From IMG/VR virus record IMGVR_UViG_3300045988_015321, positions 1 to 46,060 of that record: 46,060 nt of DNA, one strand, 5' to 3'. The stretch comes from a virus. Position 1 is the first letter of the stretch. Each line of letters starts with the position of its first letter. The translations under genes were made by a program, and so were the position numbers. The notes under the pieces are model-generated. The model was not told where the DNA came from. It ran no database searches and saw nothing but the letters and a program-made list of their open reading frames with translations. This document shows, in pieces, positions 40,755-46,060 of this stretch.

Positions 40755-41217
40755 CCGTCCTTACTCCCATCAAAAGCGGCAAAGCTGTCTTAAGAAGTAA
40801 GTCATTCGTTTTCTGTACATCCCCGGCGGCGGCATACACCGCACTCCATTCCTTTGCACTTGCTCCAATCTGCTGAGGCGTGGCGTAGGAAATGGATTCA
40901 CTTCCAGAGGATACAGATGTTACAACGCCTGTAGTGCTACCACCGGACCCGATTGTGGTTGATGCTCCACTAGCGGCGGCATTGGTAGCATTCTTCTCAG
41001 CAAGCTCAATCTGATACATTAATTCAGCCAGTGAACAGACCGCCTTTTTAATACGTTTCTGTGAACGCTTATCAGCTGGCAGTCCGTCCACCAAATTATC
41101 AAATGTCAATGTATCAATAAAATCGCTGGCTCTGGCTGCCAGACGATCAAAGTCAGCTTCTGGCACGACATTGCCATAATAGGATTCTGTGTAAAAATCA
41201 TAATCTGCATAAGCCAT
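40720..41217 (-). CDS. Head-tail connector (gp6-like)
   Basis: N-terminus YADYDFYTESYYGNVVPEADFDRLAARASDFID is typical of Phage_connect_1 proteins. Lies directly after the capsid gene. Confidence 0.75.
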   Translation of the reverse strand: MAYADYDFYTESYYGNVVPEADFDRLAARASDFIDTLTFDNLVDGLPADKRSQKRIKKAVCSLAELMYQIELAEKNATNAAASGASTTIGSGGSTTGVVTSVSSGSESISYATPQQIGASAKEWSAVYAAAGDVQKTNDLLLKTALPLLMGVRTDEGVPILYAGM

Positions 41218-41238
41218 GCCAGTTACCTCCCACGATTA

Positions 41239-42405
41239 TCATTTTGCTGTTACAGTCGCATGTCCGGCACTCAATGCCTTATAGGTACTGTCACACTCAA
41301 CCACTGTGATTACCTGCCCTGTTGCTGCTGTAATGTCGGATTCTCCATCCCATGCGCTCCAGTTCTTCACGTTCTGTCCGTAGTCTACGGTAGTCTCAGA
41401 TGATGCAACTTTGTACTTGTACACATTTCCTGCGCTTACTTTTGCCGGAGTAACAGTCACTTTTGTATCTCCGCTCTTACTTCCTGCTGTGGAGTTTACA
41501 GTCAGAGTTCCAAGTGTCTGAGTTGCGTTGATAGTTCCGACAGCAACAGCGTCAATATATTCTGCAAAGAGGGTAAGTCCCATGATTGCGAATGATTCAG
41601 ACACTGCTGTGTGGTAATTGCCCTGCGTATGGAATCCGATCAGATTTGTTTCGCCGGATACAGTATATACAAGACCTGCTCTTGCAAAATCAGATTCGTT
41701 CGGATCCACGTAGTAAAGAACGATGTTCTCACCGGGTGTGGCGATTACTGTTCCTCTCGGAATCTCGCTGTCAGATAACAGGAAGATTGTGTTGAATCCC
41801 AGGAAGTTTTTCACATACTGGAAGCCGAACTGGTTCTGAATAGAAATCTCAGCTGCTCCGATATACTCGTACACGTCCAGAATGTTCACAAATCCAACGA
41901 CGCCAGTCACATTTCTGTGCATCTGCTTGAATTTGTTTTCTACACGACCCTTGGCCATTGCCAGAGCCATCTGGAAAGTAATCTCTGTAAATGTGAGGGT
42001 ACCGGTTTTCAAATAATTGTAAAATCTTTCGGTAACATTGGTCTGAAGCTGGAAGAGGAATTCATCATCGGTCATCTGAACAGCGTTCTCGTAACCGTGA
42101 TCTTTGATTGCTTCGATAGATACAGCCTTTGCGTATTTCTCGATAGTCATTTCTGCATAGGGTTTTTCTTTTACAACGAATTTGCTGTAAGGGATTTCCT
42201 CACCTTCACCAACATTTCCGTTCTGCAATGTACCCTCTGCATATTTTGATTTAAGAACCGCTCCGGGCGTCTTTTTGATTGGACGCATGATACCAAGGAT
42301 TTCACGTAAGTGTTCCCAGTTTCTTTCGAATCTGGTAACAAAGTCAATCTCACGTGCCTTTACCTGAATATCATTAGTCATAATAAGATTAGCTTTTGCT
42401 GTCAT
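41239..42405 (-). CDS. Major capsid protein (HK97 fold) with a C-terminal Ig-like extension
   Basis: 388 aa, follows the scaffold gene. The C-terminal ~90 aa are T/S/V-rich and beta-like (TLTVNSTAGSKSGDTKVTVTPAKVSAGNVYKYKV...). Confidence 0.88.
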   Translation of the reverse strand: MTAKANLIMTNDIQVKAREIDFVTRFERNWEHLREILGIMRPIKKTPGAVLKSKYAEGTLQNGNVGEGEEIPYSKFVVKEKPYAEMTIEKYAKAVSIEAIKDHGYENAVQMTDDEFLFQLQTNVTERFYNYLKTGTLTFTEITFQMALAMAKGRVENKFKQMHRNVTGVVGFVNILDVYEYIGAAEISIQNQFGFQYVKNFLGFNTIFLLSDSEIPRGTVIATPGENIVLYYVDPNESDFARAGLVYTVSGETNLIGFHTQGNYHTAVSESFAIMGLTLFAEYIDAVAVGTINATQTLGTLTVNSTAGSKSGDTKVTVTPAKVSAGNVYKYKVASSETTVDYGQNVKNWSAWDGESDITAATGQVITVVECDSTYKALSAGHATVTAK

Positions 42406-42485
42406 ATAAAAAAATCCTTTCTACCCATAATTGTTAAGGTATTGGGTTAGCGGCTATACTCTGGCGTATAGTCGGTGTAAAAAAA

Positions 42486-43118
42486 TCACTGGAATAACTG
42501 GATATTCTGTGCAATTGCAGCCTGTCTCTCGGACGGGTCTTTGATCGCTTCGATATCTTTCTTCGTCATGCTTCCCGGTGTCTGCTGCTGTCCAACGTGA
42601 GTGGTAAATCTTGCCTGGTTCTGCTGAGCCTGCTGCTGAGATTCATCTACAAAAGCGGATGCGTCAGACTGTTTCATCTGCTCAATCAGGTCGTTCAGCC
42701 CGAGAATTTTACCATCTTTCAGTTTGAGGCCTGCTTCTTTAATATCTGCCATAACAGACTTCTTTGCAGCTTCGCTTGAAAATTTAACATCATCAAGTGC
42801 TGTTTTAAGTGCGTCTGAAAAATCGCGGTCATAGATCTTTGCGTTGAATTCCTTCTCTGCGTCCTCAGCCTTCTTCTTCCATCCAGCAAGCTCTGTCTGA
42901 ATGTTCGCCGGGTCAATACCGTCGAAACCTTTTAAGGTTTCTTCTGCTGTCTCAGCACGTTCTTTCCAGCCATCACGTTCTCCCTCGACTTTTGACAGAG
43001 TTTTCGCTACTTCTTTTGCATTCTTATAATGCTCAGAGAGTGCTTTTTTCACATCTGCCTGTTTGTCCTCCGGGATTTCAATTCCAAATGATTTTAATGT
43101 GTCAATAAGTTTCTGCAT
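42486..43118 (-). CDS. Scaffolding protein
   Basis: SD AGGAGG lies 6 nt before the ATG at 43118 (MQKLIDTLKSFG...). It is an acidic, coiled-coil protein. The upstream part of the ORF-track version lies in the structured leader. Confidence 0.8.
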   Translation of the reverse strand: MQKLIDTLKSFGIEIPEDKQADVKKALSEHYKNAKEVAKTLSKVEGERDGWKERAETAEETLKGFDGIDPANIQTELAGWKKKAEDAEKEFNAKIYDRDFSDALKTALDDVKFSSEAAKKSVMADIKEAGLKLKDGKILGLNDLIEQMKQSDASAFVDESQQQAQQNQARFTTHVGQQQTPGSMTKKDIEAIKDPSERQAAIAQNIQLFQ

Positions 43119-43578
43119 ATGCATCCTCCTGGTCGTGTTTATTGACCTGCCGCCGCAGGTAAGTGGATTAAGCCAGTTAGACCACTGGCAGGGTAAGCGG
43201 AACTTCCAGAGTCGAACTGGAAAACTTGTATCTATATATATTTGTCCTATATCCGATAGGTTCCACATAACCCGGATTCCCGGGTTAGCAAGGTATTTTA
43301 CGTGCTATGCCTAAACACGGAACGTTCGGGCTACGTCAACACCGCCTATACGGTCGCACACCTCTGCACGGGTTGGATTTCACTGTTCAGTTATATGCTC
43401 ACAAGGAGGTATGCCGCCATGCACTAACGGCAATGGTACGTGTCGGAAATTGCATCCGCTTTTCAACCTCCAGGTTCCGCCCGAACCTGTTTCTGTTAAG
43501 GACACGCGCCTAAGAAAGGAGGAATCAATGAAAAAATGTCTATGTCAAGTGGCTACAACCACTTACGAATCTTCCTTA
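43119..43578 (-). ncRNA. Long structured 5' leader / candidate large ncRNA with a tRNA-like minihelix
   Basis: No credible ORF, GC-rich by eye, with many nested complementary segments and a T-arm/acceptor mimic at 43197-43266 (details in findings). Strand is inferred from the upstream promoter-like element. Confidence 0.5.
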
Positions 43579-43585
43579 TGAATAC

Positions 43586-43628
43586 ATTTTACCACAGAAC
43601 CTCCAAAAAGTTGTGGTACATGTTTTGA
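43586..43628 (-). promoter_or_regulatory. Late promoter-like element, copy 3 (conserved box plus extended -10)
   Basis: Minus strand reads TCAAAACATGTACCACAAC, then 18 nt, then TGG-TAAAAT. Confidence 0.6.
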
Positions 43629-43632
43629 CTAA

Positions 43633-44187
43633 TTAGAGCATATCACGGAGCTTTTCCACGTATCTTTTAACAAGATCACGTTCCTCCCGGCACTCCGCAT
43701 CCTTGGACATATCGCTCATTTCTGTTGTGAGTTCGTCCAGATGTTCTTCCAGAGCGGCAAGCATCTTTCTCTTGCAGTCCTCGGATTTGCCGGAACGATA
43801 GCTCTGTTTCTGCGTCATATAGTCGTCATAAGCATCTCGTCCGTCAGAACGGCTGTAATGTCCTCTGACATAATGCTCACCGCGTCTGGCATAAGAACTA
43901 CCCCTGTCGTAATCCGGCATCATTCTGCCGTCATTTGAGCTGTATCTCCCCATGCTGTCGCGCTTTCTTCCACGTTCGCTGTAATCGTCATTGTAGCCAC
44001 CACGCATCTCATCAAGGACAGTATTGTAATATTCCACTTTCTTGTCCCAGTACTGCGTATTCTTGATATCTTTATACATATCAATCAGTTTGTATGTCAT
44101 TTCCAGATTTCCAGTGGTCAGCCCACTGTCAGCAATTTTGGACAGTTCGTCTTCAATTCTTGCACATAAGTCTTTAATGTCTCTCAT
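43633..44187 (-). CDS. Hypothetical protein with a central R/G/Y/D/S-rich disordered region
   Basis: SD AGGAGG lies 7 nt before the ATG at 44187. The core reads RGGYNDDYSERGRKRDSMGRYSSNDGRMMPDYDRGSSYARRGEHYVRGHYSRSDGRDAYDDY, flanked by helical ends. Confidence 0.6.
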   Translation of the reverse strand: MRDIKDLCARIEDELSKIADSGLTTGNLEMTYKLIDMYKDIKNTQYWDKKVEYYNTVLDEMRGGYNDDYSERGRKRDSMGRYSSNDGRMMPDYDRGSSYARRGEHYVRGHYSRSDGRDAYDDYMTQKQSYRSGKSEDCKRKMLAALEEHLDELTTEMSDMSKDAECREERDLVKRYVEKLRDML

Positions 44188-44198
44188 AATCACACCTC

Positions 44199-44621
44199 CT
44201 ATGCTTCTCTGGTCACAACAATGTTTGCGTTCGCAACAGAAACAGCCTGATCGCTTGTATTCTCTACTGCGATATTAACGCAACATCCGCGAGGTACATC
44301 AATATAGATTCCAGAGGACACATTGTTGTACTGGTCTACTGCTGCCGGTGTGGAAATCATCTGAGAAGAAAGAACCGGCTCACCAGATATTGCAATAGCC
44401 AGAGAGATAGCCCCGACAGTACCACCTGTTGGAATTGCAATATTACCAGAAAAATCCACGAAGAATCTAGCCTTGCACTGGTTAGTAAGTCCTCTCAGCG
44501 TAATGATTCCACTTCCCTCCCTGTGTTGAATGCAGTTAGAACCTTTGACTGCTGTGTTTGAAAATACTACGTTTCCATTTGCTGCTACAGTCTGAGCAGC
44601 TACATTTGTAAATTCTGCCAT
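44199..44621 (-). CDS. Small beta-rich protein, BclA-C-terminal / C1q-TNF-like jelly-roll candidate
   Basis: 140 aa with alternating beta pattern (VVFSNTAV..., ITLRG..., ARFFVDFSGNIAI, ISLAIAISGEPV, VNIAVEN, ANIVVT). SD AAAGGAG. Confidence 0.55.
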   Translation of the reverse strand: MAEFTNVAAQTVAANGNVVFSNTAVKGSNCIQHREGSGIITLRGLTNQCKARFFVDFSGNIAIPTGGTVGAISLAIAISGEPVLSSQMISTPAAVDQYNNVSSGIYIDVPRGCCVNIAVENTSDQAVSVANANIVVTREA

Positions 44622-44731
44622 AAAAATACTCCTTTCATATCACAAAAGGACAGGTCTCAGCCTGCCCCTCTGTGTAATACGGCATAAGCCGACATCCGAA
44701 TCAATCGAAAGATACTCTCGATATGAAGTTG

Positions 44732-45508
44732 TTAACAATTACATCCGGTGTTGCATCCGCATCCGTAATATGTGTTCGGATTAGGAACCTGATATGCCGG
44801 AATCGGTGCTGGATTAATCGCATTAATGAGCTGCTGTGTCTGAGAAGCCATTGCAGTTGTGAGAAGCGCACTCTGGCGATCCTGAGAAGCGGCACGTCTG
44901 AGGTCGTTATTTTCAGCCTGGAGATTGGATATCTTCTCGTTGCACAGGTAATCAAGGATTGCCCTTGTTCCGGCGTTCTGGCTGTCGATAATGTCTCTTG
45001 TGTTACTGTTCATGGTGTTCTGCAATGCACAGGTATTCTGTGCCATGTTGTAGTTTATGCCCTGGATTGCTTCTCTGGTTTCGCAGCAGCAGTTTGCAAG
45101 CTGTGCCTGGAGTGCATTGGTATTCTGCATATTTGCTACAGTGTCAGCATTAATAGCCTGCTGAATGCCGAAACCAGTCTGCATGATGTTTGTGTTGATT
45201 CCGTTAAATCCGGTAAGCATACCGTTATTCATAGCATAGAAGCCATCACACAGGCCGCTATTGATTCCGTCAAGCTTGCTGATTACAGCGGAATTGTCGA
45301 ATCCTCTCTGAATATCTGCCTGAGTAGCTGCTGTAGCTACATATCCTCCGCCGTTTCCATTATTGCCCCAGCCGTTGTTTCCCCATCCGCAAAATGCGAA
45401 CAAGAAAAGCACGATAAGCCACCATGCGCCATCTCCGCCAAACATTCCATCATTTCTGTTGTTCCCGGTCAAAAGAGCAACGTCTGATGCTGTTAAATTT
45501 CCATCCAT
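44732..45508 (-). CDS. Membrane-anchored N/Q/G-rich, Cys-rich protein (YjcZ-like N-terminus)
   Basis: N-terminus GGDGAWWLIVLFLFAFCGWGNNGWGNNGNGGG, a Q/N-rich helical core with CCC and other conserved Cys, and the C-terminus YYGCGCNTGCNC. SD AAGGAG. Confidence 0.6.
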   Translation of the reverse strand: MDGNLTASDVALLTGNNRNDGMFGGDGAWWLIVLFLFAFCGWGNNGWGNNGNGGGYVATAATQADIQRGFDNSAVISKLDGINSGLCDGFYAMNNGMLTGFNGINTNIMQTGFGIQQAINADTVANMQNTNALQAQLANCCCETREAIQGINYNMAQNTCALQNTMNSNTRDIIDSQNAGTRAILDYLCNEKISNLQAENNDLRRAASQDRQSALLTTAMASQTQQLINAINPAPIPAYQVPNPNTYYGCGCNTGCNC

Positions 45509-45560
45509 AGTTATAATCTCCTTTTTTGTATTTACATCAATCTGGCCAGATTGTAATGTA

Positions 45561-45782
45561 CTATTTTATATTTTTCAGCAGATTTTGGAACTGCCCTGCC
45601 ATCTGTTGAACCTGATTAAGCTGTTGCTGTGAAATCCTTCCAGACTGCAACATTTTCTGGACTTCTTCTTTTGGGTTTCCTTTATAATTCTGTTTAAATT
45701 GCATGAATTGTTGTATCATCTGCATTGGTCCGTTTCCCTGTGGCACCCCACCACCGAGGGCATTAAATAATGGATTACTCAT
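45561..45782 (-). CDS. Small Q-rich hypothetical protein
   Basis: SD GGAGG lies 8 nt before the ATG at 45782 (MSNPLFNALGGGVPQGNGPMQMIQQFMQFKQ...). Confidence 0.55.
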   Translation of the reverse strand: MSNPLFNALGGGVPQGNGPMQMIQQFMQFKQNYKGNPKEEVQKMLQSGRISQQQLNQVQQMAGQFQNLLKNIK

Positions 45783-46060
45783 TTGCATTTCCTCCATTGA
45801 CTGCTGATTCCTGTACGGTATTAGCTCTAACAGGTTCAGAAAAAGAATTTAATCGGTTTATGATAGCTTCGTATTTGCCCTTTAAATCGTCATATTCCTG
45901 TCTGGTGACGTATTTACTGTCCATGTTCTGAACAGGCTGTTTAGGTGACATCTGAGTGCCTATTTCATGATATTCAAACGTACGTAATGGCTGTGGCATA
46001 CCGGAAACGTCTGTGGATTTTATGTAGAACTTTTCGCTTTCGCTGTCCATCAGCAAAACA
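45775..46060 (-). CDS. C-terminal part of the junction-spanning 156-aa Q/N-rich protein (N-terminus at 238..1)
   Basis: In frame with 1-238 through the 53-bp repeat. Reads ...LLMDSESEKFYIKSTDVSGMPQPLRTFEYHEIG... Confidence 0.6.
   Translation of the reverse strand, partial: VLLMDSESEKFYIKSTDVSGMPQPLRTFEYHEIGTQMSPKQPVQNMDSKYVTRQEYDDLKGKYEAIINRLNSFSEPVRANTVQESAVNGGNANE
46008..46060. repeat. Terminal direct repeat, identical to 1-53
   Basis: Exact 53-bp identity with the window start. Confidence 0.95.

Larger units (their letters stand above)
1..46060. mobile_element. Complete temperate siphovirus-type phage genome, circularly closed (unique length 46,007 bp)
   Basis: Full set of phage modules is present: integrase/attP, cI/cro switch, replication, terminase, portal, capsid, tape measure, lysins. 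No tail sheath gene is seen. The two ends are identical and one ORF reads through the junction. Confidence 0.9.

Noticed and set aside
43197-43266. A possible bona fide tRNA gene (minus strand) in the leader.
   Set aside because: The acceptor stem and T-arm are convincing, but the T-stem would be 6 bp, positions 8-9 are paired into a 5-nt-loop hairpin, and the anticodon-arm region (ACAAAUAUAUAUAGAUACAAG) cannot form a stem. I report it as a tRNA-like element, not a tRNA. tRNAscan-SE should confirm.
43528-43581. Plus-strand 17-codon ORF (MKKCLCQVATTTYESSL) with a perfect SD (AAAGGAGG, 5-nt spacer, ATG), extendable in frame to an ATG at 43411 (56 aa).
   Set aside because: The GGAGG/CCTCC boxes are better explained as pairing partners within the structured RNA. 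The peptide is tiny and not hydrophobic, and the longer version has an SD only 1 nt from its ATG. I kept it as a note because a small regulatory peptide is not excluded.
44723-45487. 254-aa plus-strand ORF antisense to the N/Q/Cys-rich gene 44732-45508.
   Set aside because: It is the mirror image of a biased-composition gene. It has no SD, whereas the minus-strand ORF has AAGGAG at correct spacing and fits the operon orientation. A genuine overlapping gene cannot be fully excluded without expression data.
1-46060. Searches by eye for a CRISPR array, cas genes, a reverse transcriptase (retron/DGR), canonical tRNA/rRNA genes, and transposase/IS elements.
   Set aside because: None found. There are no long identical spaced repeats, no YxDD-type RT motif in any sizeable ORF, no transposase-like ORF, and only tRNA fragments or mimics (attP core and leader element).

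Overview
The window is a complete, circularly closed phage genome. Positions 1-53 are identical to 46008-46060, so the unique length is 46,007 bp, and one gene reads across the junction. It looks like a temperate phage with a long non-contractile (siphovirus-type) tail from a low-GC Gram-positive host (Firmicutes/Clostridia-like); the host is an inference from GH25 and NlpC/P60-SH3 lysins, LytTR and SHOCT domains.

Nearly all genes are on the minus strand. In transcription order:
- cro-like gene (22663), then early and replication genes: Sak4-like ATPase, DUF669 SSB-like protein, ERCC4 nuclease, CHC2 zinc-finger protein, DUF927 helicase, iteron origin, PAPS-reductase-like enzyme and many small ORFs.
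- Terminator at about 7903-7929.
- Late unit 1: fused small+large terminase, portal, GDPD enzyme.
- Late unit 2: MuF-like head protein, Cys/His protein, membrane protein, small sigma-region-4-like regulator, terminator.
- A five-gene cassette of low-complexity proteins that crosses the junction.
- A ~460-nt structured leader, then scaffold, capsid, connector, a four-gene accessory insert (HExxH protein, holin, basic protein, DUF4417), head-tail joining genes, major tail protein, chaperones, tape measure, a 1309-aa tail fibre, and two lysins.

The plus strand carries the lysogeny side: cI-like repressor, an orphan LytTR response regulator with a SHOCT membrane protein, a tyrosine integrase with an attP containing a tRNA 3'-end mimic, one small moron, and two candidate small RNAs.

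Most interesting non-standard signals:
- the structured leader with a tRNA-like minihelix
- the low-complexity, spore-surface-like cassette
- a conserved 22-nt box placed 18 nt from an extended -10 in front of three late units
- the LytTR/SHOCT module
- two separate iteron arrays, one next to a protein with a RAMP-like glycine-rich C-terminus
- a 22x hexapeptide-repeat gene
- the TerS-TerL fusion

All functional calls rest on motif recognition by eye. No database search was run.
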